In this document: positions 40,002 through 53,600 of the stretch, one piece after another
How positions within the stretch are numbered: the first letter of the stretch is position 1
Layout of the letters: each line of letters opens with the position of its first letter
Origin: Bugula neritina
Lineage: Eukaryota; Animalia; Bryozoa
Reading direction: 5' to 3'
Assembly: GCA_964035545.1 (NCBI GenBank)
Contig: OZ037766.1
Coordinates: forward strand, 23,362,767 to 23,426,766
DNA length: 64,000 bases
Notes under the pieces: model-generated
What the model was told of the DNA's origin: nothing
What the model saw: the letters and a program-made list of their open reading frames with translations, nothing else
Database searches by the model: none
Program-made: the position numbers and the translations under genes

Positions 40002-40403
40002 TAGGACTTTATACAGATGAGAGTGCATGCAACATTTAAACAAGAGCTCTAGTCTATACTGGAGTTCCCAGCACACTATCATACTTATACAAAATAACAT
40101 TATCGGTTTTTAAAGACGGGGACTTGGACGGAGACTTGGACGGTAACTTTGACGGTTTTACGGCTTGAACTTTCAAAGACACAGTTGGTGCTGATTCAGC
40201 TTGACTTTGTCGTCTAAAGGGTTTTGTTGATGTGCTCTCAACAACCGGACGATGTCGATAAAACCCGGTAAAGTCATCATCATCAAAATCTTCCTGATCT
40301 AAATATATTTGCTCAGACATCTCACACATAATGCATATAAACAGTAGGCAATTGCAAATTTTCAGTGAGATAGAGAGCCACCGCTTTCCCTTCCAATAGA
40401 GTA

Positions 40404-40711
<308 letters not shown>

Positions 40712-42821
40712 CAGCTGTTGCATGCATTTCCTATTGTTACTAAAAAAAGTTGTCCAACTTCCAAATACATAATAGTCAGAAACTGCAGGTTTAGCCCAAA
40801 ATAGCCTGTAGAAGAGCTTAAGATGTTTCTCATACTAGATTACACCGTGTGTGAATAATGGTTCACCTATGAAGTTAGATGGCAAAAGTTCTGGTTGAAG
40901 TAATAAAAACTATACTTTGTATATTTCTGGCTCACCTAAGCCTTGTTATTTACACACTTTTGGCACTGCCACTTTGAGAATAATAAGTTGAAAAATTACT
41001 ATAACTATATGTTTCGTGTGCCCAGGTATATAGCAATCGATAAATGTTTTATGCTCTGGGCATATGATGTAAGCATTGCAATTTGTTTCATGAGAATAAT
41101 AAAAATATCATAAAAGCTTACTTTGACTACGTGGTTGAGCAAAATCTCCAAACAATACTTTCTGTATGTCGATCCTCGCTAAAAAAATCAACCAGAATTT
41201 AGGATAGTTCACAATGAAACATATCAACATGAAAACATAGCCATTGAAATTATCAACCAAAATATTAGAACTGTAATGAACCACATACCTAAAAAACCAA
41301 GTTTCAAACATAGACATTTTATGCTTATAGAAATTGGGTTACTCAACGAGAGTAAAAAAGTTTTGGTTATGTTACTGCAGCTAATCTTTTAAAGATGTAG
41401 TGTACAGAATACCAGGTTAGAAATGTTTGCAGTTTTCCTGCATACAAGTTTTTAAACATTTTCAATGCGTTGTGCTTGCCAAACGTCGTCAGAAACTTTT
41501 TAGATTAGTAATAGCATAAAATGACAGCGAAATTAACCAATTTGGATATCAAGGCAGCTACAGCAACAACATTTATTTCAAACATAAGTTACACAGCTAC
41601 AAAGTTACATAGAGTAATACATACAGAGGCAACTTTCGATGGCATGGGATGAACGAATCGATTCTTGGCGTTCACTTCGTGTGGCAAGCATATTTGTAAA
41701 CATAGTTTTACAATTGGCAGGAACTGCAGTAAAACATGACGCAGTATTAGAAAGACAAACATAGACTGAAAAGTAACACATTAATTGCAACAACATCTAT
41801 TTGAAGAGAATGGCATGATGTCAAACAAGGTACGGAATGATTATGCAGCTATGAAAAATATTTCATCAATCATACTGTGTGATAGATTCTTTGAACTAGT
41901 TTAATGGGTCCAAAGCTTCACAGTAGTAAAGTTTGGTGTGCAGCAAATGAAACTTTGTTATCACCATTAGAATTTGTAAATCTTTTCAAATGCCAGTGAA
42001 AGTGCAATTGTTTTAGGCTCACAGAACAGAACTATCAAGGCAACAATAGAGGTGCATTTATATGCAGGTAATTACATATTTGGTTATAGAAAGTTTGCAA
42101 GAAACTTACAGCTTGAGACATTGGACCAGCAAGAATGGAGAACTTGTTTCAATTTGGATGAAGAAGATTTACGGCCAGCTTCTAAGTCACTGCTTCTATG
42201 AGCGTGTAGTTCTGGAAACTTTGTAATATTCGGTTCTGTTTTCTGTCGCTTTGACTGCAACTTAGCTCTACAAATAGACTGCATGTGTAGTGGTTAAAGC
42301 AGTATGGCCTATTATTATGTTATATCTTGGCAGACCATTGGTGATATAGGAAATGGCATCATTAGAGCTCTAACTTACTTATCACAAGGTCAGCGGTTCT
42401 ATTTGCAATAAATACTACTAGGGATGTTAAGAAGGGCATTCAATCATGATCTCTTTTCTGTCAATATAGAAAACAAGTTCTTAACCAGTTTTAAAATACC
42501 CTTTCCATCAGGAGTTACCTCAGCAATGGTGATTATAAACCGATATAAGTTATCTTCATTTAAACAGACTACTCACCAGCTTAAAACATAAAGATATTTC
42601 CCTAAAGCACTTACTCAGTAAAGGTTGGTCTACGGAAACAATCTTCATTTATAGACTCATCTTTCAGACTCTCAAACGGCACTTTAACTATGCAACAGAA
42701 GAAATAATATAATTGCCAAATTGACATTGAATATATTCTGAGCATTTGTTTCAATGATCGCAAAGTAAAATGAAATTATTGCTCAAGTTTGCTTCCAAAC
42801 TTTTATAGTGCATAATGAACC

Positions 42822-45800
42822 TGTTGTATTATAATGTACTCGCTATAATGTTACGCTTTTATTAGGTCAAGGTTACCTTCAGTTTGAATAAAGTTATCGC
42901 CATGTTAAATACAATACTTGCTCGTGTTCATTAACAAAATATAATCTACTTCATCCGCAACCATAATATTACATGGTAGCCAGTACATGTTGCTGAAACC
43001 AAGTTAAAGTTATTAGCTATTTTATATTTACAAAGTTAAAGTGTGTTTTATCGCTATGGCTAAGTTTAACCCCCCTAAAGAGTTCGACTTTGATCCGTCT
43101 GGCTGGGCTGAATGGTTTGCTCGCTGGAGTCGTTATAGGACACTGTCAAAACTCAATCAAGAAGAAGAACAGTTGCAAGTTGACAGCTTTCTCTATTGTA
43201 TGGGAAATAAAAGCGAGAGCATTTTCAATGGTTTAGCACTGTCGGATGAAGATGTTAAAAACTATCAAAAAGTATCTGAAGCTTTTCAGAAGTATTTCTC
43301 TCCACGTAAGTACGTGATTTATGAAAGAGCTCGTTTCTTCAGGCGCTGCCAACAACAAGGAGAAACCGTTGAACAGTATGTTAGGTCTCTAAATGACATA
43401 GCAGATAGGTGTGATTTTTCCAATAGATCAGAGCAAATGCGAGACAGAATTGTAGTAGGAATCACAGACACTAACTGCAGTCATGAAATGCAGAAAATGA
43501 ATGTTGAAGACCTAACTGAAGAGGTTGCCATAAATATGGCTAGACAATTTGAGCAAGTAGACAAAAACATTAAGGACTTGACAGAAAGTCATACTCAGGG
43601 TAGTACTAGTAGTACTTCGGTAGATGCTGTCTCTAAATTCAGTAGTAGTGGTAGTCACACAAACAAGTCTCAGAAGCACAGTTCTAGGAATAATAGTACT
43701 AAGCAAACTAATAACTCTACTCCATGTGGTCGATGTGGTTATGTAAACCACACAAGAGGTACATGCCCTGCAAAAGATTGTAAGTGTAAGCGCTGTGGTA
43801 AACTCGGACACTACGCAAAAATGTGTAAATCTAAGCCTGCCAGTCAAGTTCAGCAAGTTGAAGAAGAGGACAGCGTATTTCTTGGTGAGATAGCTGAGAG
43901 TAACGTCGGAGTGTGGACCAAGACTATTATTGTAGACAAGCTTGACTTTCCAGTTCAGTTCAAACTCGATACTGGCGCAGATGTCTCCATACTTCCTCAA
44001 AGGCTATGTTCTAATGTGCTATTAGTAAAGACTAAGAAGCAGTTTTTAGGCCCAGGTAACACTAAGATACCAGTTGTAGGCTGTTTTAATGCTAAGCTTT
44101 CTGTAGACAATGTTACTCACACTGAAACTATTCATGTTGTAAACCAAACAAAAGCCTTGCTAAGTCGTAATGCTTGTGTTAAGCTAGGGTTAATTTCTTG
44201 TAAGTGTGATGTAGACTCTGTTACTAATGTTACTGACAACTCTGTATTTTGTAGAGAATTCCCAAAACTTTTTAGTGGTCTAGGTAAAATGAATCATACC
44301 GTAGGTATAGAGTTGCGTTCTGAGTGCAAACCATTTGCTATTAACACCCCTCGTTCGGTCCCCTACCCCTTGTTGTCTAGTGTTAAGCAAGAGTTGAGTG
44401 ATATGGTTGCTAAAGGAGTAATTTCTCCAGTCAGTGAGCCCACAGATTGGTGAGCTCCCATGGTTGTAGTCCCCAAGGCTAATCGCAAGGTGAGGATCTG
44501 TGCTGATTACACTGAGTTGAACAAAGTTGTTCGTAGAGAAGTGCACCCCATGGCTCATGTTGAGTCAAGTCTCGCCAAGCTTGGCAATGGTAACTTTTTT
44601 ACAGTACTCGATGCTAACTCAGGTTTCTATCAGATTCCTCTCTCCCCCAAAGCTAAAATGTTGACTACATTCTTGTCTCCTTTTGGTAGGTTTGCCTTTA
44701 ACCGTTTACCTTTTGGGTTGTCCTCTAGTCCAGAATTGTACTGCAAAATTGTTTCACAGGTTCTGGAAGGTTTGGATGGTGTTGTCTGTCACATGGACGA
44801 TGTTTGCATTTGGGGTAAATCTCAAGAAGAACATGATAGTCGTGTTCGTGCTGTTTTGCGTAGGATGGTTGACGCTGGTATGACTCTAAATGTTGAAAAA
44901 TGTAAGTTCTCTTGTAGCAGTATCAAGTTTCTTGGTCATGTCATATCCTCTTCTGGCATTCGTGCTAATCCCGATGCAATCCAGGGCATAGAAAGTTTTG
45001 CCACTCCAACTTGTGTCAAGGATGTTTGTAGTTTCCTTGGAATGGCTAATCAGCTTAGCAAGTTCTCCACCAGGTTAGGTGAACTCAGTGCTCCCTTGCG
45101 TGAGCTTCTTCATAAAAACACTCTTTGGATTTGGGATGTTGCTCAAAAACAAGCCTTCTGTGACATCAAGAAAGAGTTACAACGCTGTGTTGAACTCGCT
45201 CCCTATAGTCCCCAGCGTGAAACAGTTATTCACACTGATGCTTCTCAATGTGGTATAGGTGCTGCTCTGTTCCAATATCAAGACAATGGCGAGCTACGCC
45301 TAGTCTGTGCTGCTTCTCGTGCGCTCAGTGAGACAGAGAAGAGGTATGCTACCATAGAGCAAGAAGCTTTAGCAGTTGTTTGGGCTTGTGAAAAGTTTAG
45401 GGATTATATTGTTGGTCTTAGAGTGGTTATCAAAACTGATCACAAACCTTTAGTTCCCCTCTTAAATGATATTGAGCTTGACAAGAACCCTGCACGTATT
45501 CAGAGGTTTAGAATGCGTCTCATGAGGTTCCAATATCACGTGGAACACATTTCTGGAAAGAAGAATGTTATTGCAGATGCCCTTTCTCGTTCTGTAGGTC
45601 CCATTAGTGAGGCTGATGTTATGTTTATGGAAGAAGTAGAGCTTTTTGCTGTGTCAGCATTGCATAATACTGCCACTTCTCCTCGTTTGAAAGAGTTGAA
45701 AGTTCAACAAGAGAATGATGAGGTCTTATCTCGTGTTCTCCAATATGTTAGGTCTGGTTGGCCCACATATTTGCCTTCTCATGAAATTTTGTTGCGCCCC

Positions 45801-47203
45801 TATTTTGAATGTAGGTCTAGGCTCTCTACGATTGAAGATATTTTAGTTCTTGACAGTCGCATTGTTATTCCCCATGCCGAACGTCTAGCTGTGCTTGACA
45901 AAATCCACAGTGGCCACCTTGGCATCACCAAATGTAGGTCTCGAGCTGCACAGTCAGTCTGGTGGCCCAATATGTCCCAGCAAATTGCGGAGATGGTTAA
46001 AAAATGTGAGTCCTGTAGGAAGGAGTCAAATGTCCAACAATCTCCACTCCTTCGTTCTGAGTTTCCTAGTCGTCCTTGGGAAAAACTAGGCAGTGACTTG
46101 TTCTATTTTGACAGTAAGTGGTTCTTGCTAGTAGTCGATTACTATTCTCGTTTTATCGAAGTTGCGTTGTTGGAGGATCTCACCAGTTCTAAGGTTATAC
46201 TCCATTTGAAGAGCATATTTGCTCGACATGGTGTCCCAGAGGTCCTGATTTCTGACAATGGTGTGCAATATGCTTCAGAAGAATTTAAATCCTTCGCCCG
46301 AAAGTTTGGTTTTACCCATGTTACCAGTTCTCCTAAACACCCTCAGGGAAATGGTGCAGCTGAACGAGCTGTTCAGACTGTTAAAAACATTCTGAAGAAA
46401 GGACAAGATTCGTATTTAGGGTTAATGGCTTATAGGTCTTCACCGTTGGAAAATGGTGTCTCTCCAGCTGAGTTGTTGATGGGTCGGAAACTGCGCACTA
46501 CGGTGCCTTCTTTGCCATCAGTGTTGGCCCCAAAGCAGCCCGATGTAGAACGGGTTAAGCAAAAAGAAGCTCATGCTAGAGCTCAGAGCAAAGATACATT
46601 TGACTTAAGACATCGAGTTGTGGTCCCTCCATCGTTAAGTCCTGGTGATAGAGTTCATGTGCGTGATCTGAATCGTGATGCTGAAGTTGTTAGTACTTTC
46701 CCTGCAAGGCCCCGATCGATTGTTGTTAAAAGTACTAATGGTGTCCCACTCAGACGCAATGTTACCAACCTAGTGCCATTACAAACTACTGAGTTGTCTG
46801 ATGACAATAATGTCGCTAAAAAGTCTAGTTTTGGTAGAACTATTAAACCTAGACAGATTTTGGATTTGTAAATAGACTATGTGCTGTGTTTGTTTTCATT
46901 TTATTATGTATTGTATTGCCATTGTGTTTGTTTTTACCAGTGTACTAAAATGTCTCTGTGTATCATCAATATGTTTCCAATGTGTGTTTTCTGCTGTATT
47001 ACAATTTTGTGTAGTCTCCCCATCTTTTATTATTGTCTTAAGAAAGGGAGGTGTTGTATTATAATGTATTCGCTATAATGTTACGCTTTTATTAGGTCAA
47101 GGTTACCTTCAGTTTGAATAAAGTTATCGCCATGTTAAATACAATACTTGCTCGTGTTCATTAACAAAATATAATCCACTTCATCCGCAACCATAATATT
47201 ACA
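42822..47203 (+). mobile_element. Full-length young Ty3/Gypsy retrotransposon (Mag / K02A2.6-like), antisense within an intron of paralog E
   Basis: 152-bp LTRs at 42822-42973 and 47052-47203 (150/152 identical); TSD GAACC; PBS TGGTAGCCAGTAC (12/13 match to the tRNA-Ile(AAU) 3' end as I recall it); PPT AAGAAAGGGAGG. Confidence 0.97.
43056..46871 (+). pseudogene. Single-frame gag-pol (two CCHC knuckles, protease, RT, RNase H, integrase) with one nonsense codon at 44451-44453
   Basis: CGRCGYVNHTRGTC and CKRCGKLGHYAKMC, KLDTGADVS, HMDD, TDAS/DHKPL, HSGH..CESC, DYYSR/SDNG/AERAV. ORFs 43041..44453 and 44460..46871 share a frame; DW*APMVVVPK corresponds to the usual DWCAPMVVVPK. Confidence 0.95.
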
Positions 47204-47667
47204 GAACCTAATAAAATACTCTTACTACAAATTTGACCAAATTATCGTGTAATGCAGACTAATAAATAACTAGAGCATGTTCTGCTTCACATCATGGCAG
47301 TACATATTGCCGTAATAATGTCACACAATTGCATCGTCCTAAACTTATGTACAGCTAATATGTATAGTTAGTAAATTTCTCACCTGTGGTTGAGGACACT
47401 TTATCTGTATGATGTACAACATTTGTACTTTTGACGGACTCTTTAAACAATAAAACAACAGAGTATATTAGTACAACATTTTTATTCAAAATGTAAACCT
47501 GTCAACAAAGCAAAAACATAAAACTTAGAGCAGGTTGAAAACTACTGCAGATTATGTTCGCACAAGGCTTCTTATCAAAAACGGAACCTACAGTTACAAT
47601 GTTAATATACAATGTAGAGTAGAAATGAAATTGTTTTTTCTAAAAACAGAAATCAAATTTTACCAAC

Positions 47668-47772
47668 CTAAGGGAACAACATGGTACATCGGTTTTGCCA
47701 CAAAATAAGTCACCGGATCCTCCAACCCATCAACAAGCTCTGGAAGAGTGACAGGTTCATTGGCAACTACAT
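47668..47772 (-). CDS. Highly conserved 105-nt exon, copy in paralog E
   Basis: Phase-1 acceptor matches the donor GCC G|gtaagt at 48199; peptide identical to B. Confidence 0.85.
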
Positions 47773-48289
47773 CTGAATTAAAACATGAATTAGATACTTC
47801 AAAACTTTATGCAATGAATCAGACTGAATCAAGGTTTTTTCAGTTAACAAAATATTTTGCGCAAATTACACTATAAATCATATTATGGCCACAGAAAAAA
47901 ATACAAAAAGTGTGCATGTGACTTGCACAACATAAACATATAAACTGACTATATCATCTGCAATGCAAGTTTAAACCTTTTGCATTTGGAAATTAACACT
48001 TTACGCTTGTCTCAATTCGACTGGATTTTTATATAAAAATACCTATAAAGTAAAATGAACACCTAAAAAAGTACTTCAATATGGGGTGTTTTTTAAACTT
48101 GACTACTAGACCATTTTCGGAGGCCTACAGTCCCTCATTAGAAATGAGAGCTATAGCAAATTGTGTGAACAAATGTTGCAAAACACGTCTTTACTTACCG
48201 GCAGAAGTGACATAATCCTTCTTAAGTGCTAATAAATTCTGAGGCACTTTTCTGTAATGTGAAGATTTGATCAGATCACTCTCATCATG

Positions 48290-49072
48290 ACTAGGCAACT
48301 CTTCTAATTTTATTTTATTAGCTGCAACAATTGACTCAAGGTCCATCACATGTTTAACCAGTTTAGAAGAAAAGGCTTCATCATGACTAGACAGCTTTTC
48401 CAACTTATCTTGGTTGGCGACATCAACAGTTGACTCAAGGTCCATCACATGATTAACCAGTGTAGAAGAAAAAGCTTCACTATGACTAGGCAACTCTTCT
48501 AACTTTATTTGATTAGCTGCAACAATTGACTCAAGGTCCATTACATGTTTAACCAGTTTAGAAGAAAAGGCTTCATTATGTCTAGGCAGCTTTTCCAACT
48601 TATCTTGGTTGGCGACATCAACAGTTGACTCAAGGTCCATCACATGATTAACCAGTGTAGAAGAAAAAGCTTCATCATGACTAGGCAACTTTTCTAACTT
48701 ATCCTGGTCGGCAACATCAACATTTGACTTAATGTTCATCACATGTTTAACCAGTTTAGAAGAAAAAGCTTCATCATGACTAGGCAACTTTTCTAACTTT
48801 ATTTGATTAGCTGCAACAGTTGACTCAAGGTCCATTACATGTTTAACCAGTTTAGAAGAAAAGGATTCATCATGACTAGGCAGCTTTTCCAACTTATCTT
48901 GGTTGGCGACATCAACAGTTGACTCAAGGTCCATCACATGGTTAACCAGTGTAGAAAAAAAAGCTTCATCATGACTAGGCAGCTTTTCTAACTTATCTTG
49001 GTTGACGACATCAACAGTTGACTCAATATCCATCACCTGTTTAACCAGTTTAGAAGAAAAGGCCTCATCATG
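48290..49072 (-). repeat. Coding minisatellite: 8 units of 99/96 bp (HDEAFSSKLVKHVMDLESTVDVANQDKLEKLPS)
   Basis: Unit lengths 33,33,32,33,33,32,33,32 aa sum to 783 bp; more degenerate units continue to about 50400. Confidence 0.95.
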
Positions 49073-50699
49073 ACTAGGCAATGTTTTTAAGTGTTTTCGA
49101 TCAGATACCCGATTAGTTGGTTCCTGTTGCATTACCTGTTCAACTAAACTAGAGGAAAAGTAAGTTTTCTTATTAGGCAAAACTTCCAAATTTCTTTGCG
49201 CAGAAACTGAACCAGTTGGTTCTAGTCGCATAACATTTTCAGCTAATCTTGAAGAATGAGCTTTTTCTTCATTGGGAATTTTTTCTATATTCCTTATTGA
49301 AAAAACTGAAGCATTTGGCTCATGTTGCTGAATGAGGCCATCTAGGATTGAGGGAAAGTTGTTTTTACTAGTAGGAAGCTTTTCTACTTTTTTCTTATTT
49401 AACACCAAGTGAGTTGAATTAAGTCTGGTCACATTTCCGCTTTGCTTTGATGAAAGATTGTCTTTATTATTAGAAAACTTTTCGAACTTTCTTTTCTTTG
49501 ACAGGGAAAATGGTAGCATTCCTTTTGAAAAATTTTTAGCTCTATTTGAAGAAACATCGGTCTCACAGTCCAAAACTTTATTAACATTCTGTTGCTCAGA
49601 CACCAGAGCATTTGAATCAGGGTGAATTATGTCTTTAGCAAGCTTCGAAAAAAAATCGTCTATTCCTTTTGATAAATTTTCTAATCTTCTCAGTTTCGAC
49701 TCCAAACCGATTGACTCATGTTTCAACGCGCCTCTAGCTAGTGTAGAAGAAGCATCATGTTCATCTTTAGGCTGTTTTTCAAAATTGTCCTCATCACAAG
49801 CCAAAGTATTTGGTTGTATTTGCATTATATCACTAATTAGTTTTGAACCGAAGTCCTTTATTTTTTCTGGCACGTTTATTTGTAACTCTTTCAGTTGATA
49901 CTCCAACTTATTACAGACAGACATCATCAAATTGCTGCTATCTAGTGGTAAAGAAAAGTTACCTTCGTTCCTGAACGGATCTTGAAGTTTCTGTTGGTCA
50001 GAGTAAGGAGCATATGACTGCCTTATACGCTCAGATATGGTTGAGAAAAATTGGTTCTTTTCATTCAAAAACTTGTCCAGCAGCTTTATTCTAAGCAGGG
50101 GAATATTTTGGGTACAATCAACGCCATTTGACTCAAGCAGCTTTAAAGCAGAATTGTATTCGTTACTAGCCATATTTGATAGCTTCTTTTGGTCAGACAC
50201 CCAAACATTTGACTCAAGTTGTGACACATGGCTAGCTAGTGTTTGATGAAAACCTTCTTTACAATATGGAAAATTATCTGACCTGTTTTGGTCAGACGCC
50301 ATAACAAAGGGCTGAAGTTCCGTTACAAGTTTAGTTTGATTGGGAAGCAAATTGTCTTGTTTATCAGAAACTTGCCCAAGTCTCAATTGATGATTAGGAT
50401 AACTTTCATTAGGTTCATGCATTGGTTGTAATTTCATCATTATATTGGTAGCTTCTGCGGGCACAGCTTCCAAAACTCTAGATGGCTCTTCAGTTCTTAT
50501 TTCATAGTCTTCTTGTTCATTGGAAGTTGGGTCGAGTGGCAGAGATTCAATGAAACGACAACTGGTTACTTCCGGAGAAGAAAATCTTACTCGATTACAT
50601 ACTCTTGAGACTTTTTTTTTGCGGCCGATAATTGGTTTGACAATAATTGGTGGATTATCAAACAATTCTCCTCTTTCACTGGTCCTTTCTGAAAAAGGA

Positions 50700-53600
50700 T
50701 TTATTGTCCTGGTATAGGGGATGCCGAGTTTTTCATCGTCTCTGTGTGAATTAGAGTGAAGCTCATCACTCATGCAAGAGTTAATAACACTATTTGGGAC
50801 ACTTTTTGGAGCGTTAACATGTATTTCTTCAGTCGCGGACTTATACTCTGGAAGATAAGAAATAAGATTATCTGTGCTGGCGTCAACTGCTTCAGTATTT
50901 AAATTTTTAGAATCGAGAGCATTCTCAAACATTAAAGTGTCCATTTCATTGGTATTTGCTTTAGAAGCTTGCAAGCGTGGATCATCCCAGCTATAATCAA
51001 TTGGGTAATCTGTATAAGCTGAAGATGCAGTTTCAGAAGCACGAACACGCATAGGAGCGACTACATTGTTTGAACATGTTTGGGCTGTGTTGCGCAATCT
51101 ATTGAATGTTTGAGAAAACGCAGACCTGGAAATATTATTAGGCATTTCATCAAATGTCTGAGAGTGCAACAATTCTGGTTTTTCACCATTTCTAGCCATC
51201 CCTGTTGCCGTCTCCACTACTCGCTTATAGGGGTTGCCTAGTTCGTGTTCGTCACTTTGCGAACTAGAGTTAAGCTCATCACTCGTATAGGAGTTGATCA
51301 TACAACGTTGGACAATTCTTGGAGCAGTCACATGCAACTCTTCAACAGTTGACTCATACTCCGGAGGGCATGGAATTACATTGTCTTTGAAAGAGTCAAC
51401 TGGTTCATTGCTCGAATTTCCATAAGCAATGGTGCTTTCAATCATCGAATTGACACCTCTCTCGTTGTTGGCTATTAGAGCATGCGAAAAAATTTCACCC
51501 TTTTTATAATCAACTAGTTTTTTTGTATGAGCAGCATATGTAGCTTCTGAATCACAAACATTCATATGAGCTGTTACATCCCTTGAGCATGCCTTGGCTG
51601 TGTTGCTCAGTCTATTGACCATTGGAGAAAAGACAGACCTGGCACTGTTTTTAGGCCATCCTAATTCATCATTTTCGACAATCGGTCTGACATCAGATGA
51701 TTGAAAATGCAACAATTTTGGTATATTGTTATTACTAGCTGTTTGTGAAGCAGGCTCAACCATTGTTTTATAGGAGATGCCTGGTTTGTGTTTGTCACTA
51801 TGAGAACTAGACTGGCGCTCATCACTTGTACAAGAATTAATAACACTAAGTCGGGCATTTGTTGGAGTGGCTTTATAAAACTCTTCAGCATTAGACTTAT
51901 ATTTCAGCTGGCTAGAAATAACATCATCTGTGGAAGCGTCAATTGTTTCAGCATTTACCATTGTGGGTTCGAAAGAGTTTTCAAAAACTGAATCGTCCGC
52001 ACTATTGACATTTGCTTTAAATGCTAGCGAAAGTGCATCATCCCAATTATAATCAACTTGGTTATTTGTGTGAACTGAAGAAAAAGTTTTTGAAACAAAA
52101 TTGCGCATAGAGGCATTTACTAGTGACGTTTTAGCATTAGACTGACTTTTATGCATACTAGGAATCACATTATCTTTAGAATAGTGCAGTGGTTCAATAA
52201 GCTCTTTTTTAGCATCCAATGTGTTTTCGACAATTAAATTGTCCGCTCTGTTTTCAGTTGCTTTAAAATCCATTAAAAGTGGATCATCCCAATTACAATC
52301 AACCAGGTCACTTAAAGTGGCTTCAGATAGAGTTTTTGATGCACTAATGTTTATAGGGGCACTTACTCGTGACTGTTTGGCCATAGACCTATATTCACGG
52401 ATACGAGGAACCATATTATCGTTGAAGGAGTAAAATTGGTCAATATTATCATTTTTGGAATCAAAAGTGTTTTCGACAGTTGAATTGTCAGCTCTGCTAT
52501 TTGCTTTAAAATTCGTAGAAAGTATATCATCCCAGCTATAGTCCACTAGTTTGTATGCAAAAACTGAGGATGGAGATTCCAAAGCACCAAAGTGCTTAGG
52601 GGCATTTACATGAAATCCTTTAGCAGTGGACTCATACTCCGGCAAGTTAGGAACAACATTATCTTTAAACAAGTCAACTGATTCGACAATCGAATTTTGG
52701 AAAGCGACAGTGTTTTTCATTATTGAATTGCTCTCTCTGTTGTTGCTTGCTTTCAAAACCTTTGAAAGGAAGTATGAATCTCTTTTAAATTCAACCAAAT
52801 TATTTGTATGAGCTGTAGATGTAGGTTCTGAAGCACAAGCATGCAAAGGAGCTTCTACAACCTTTGAGCATGTTTTGGCTGTGTTTGGCAATCTGCTGGT
52901 CGTTTGAGAAAAGGCGGATCTGGCATTATGTTTAGGCGTTTCCAACTCATCATTTTGGGTCATTGGTCTATCATCAAATGATTGAAAATCTAACAATCTT
53001 GGAATCTCACCATTTCTAGCCATTCTAGTCATTCTTCTATATGGTACGCCTGGCTCATCATTCTCACTGTGGGAAATAGAGTAGAGCTCATCACCTGTAC
53101 AAGAGTTAACAACACTACGTGGTGCAATTTTTGCAGCGGTTACGTGTAACTCTTCCGTAGAAGGCTGACCTTTTGGAATTTTCAGAATGACATCATCTTT
53201 GAAACCATGAACTGCTTCAGTATTCACATTTCTAAGAGTGATACTGTTTTCTATTATTGAATTGTCCGGACTATTGATATTTGGCTTAAAAGCTTGCGGA
53301 TGTGGATCATCCCAATTATAATCTACTGGGCTATTTGAATGAGCTGAATTTTGAGTTTCAAAAGCACGAACATGCCTAGGAATGGCTACATTTTTTGACC
53401 ATGTTTGAGCTGTGTCGGGCAACCTGTTAGCTATTAAAGAAATGGGATGTCTGGAACTTTTATTAGGCAACTCAAAGTCATTATTTTCGACAATCGGTCT
53501 CTCGTCAAGTGATTGAAAATCCAACAATTTTGCTACATCAGTATTTATTGCTGTTTGTGAAGCAGACCTCAGCATTTTTTTGTATGGGATGCTTGGTTCA

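Noticed and set aside
42570-42614. 3-nt microexon (ttttaag|CTG|gtgagt) after a ~35-nt intron
   Set aside because: The intron is implausibly short, the AG is not conserved in D (ttttaatctg), and the flanking exons join in frame without it.
48290-49072. CRISPR-like regular repeats
   Set aside because: No unique spacers; the units are contiguous, codon-length multiples inside a eukaryotic exon, and there are no cas genes.
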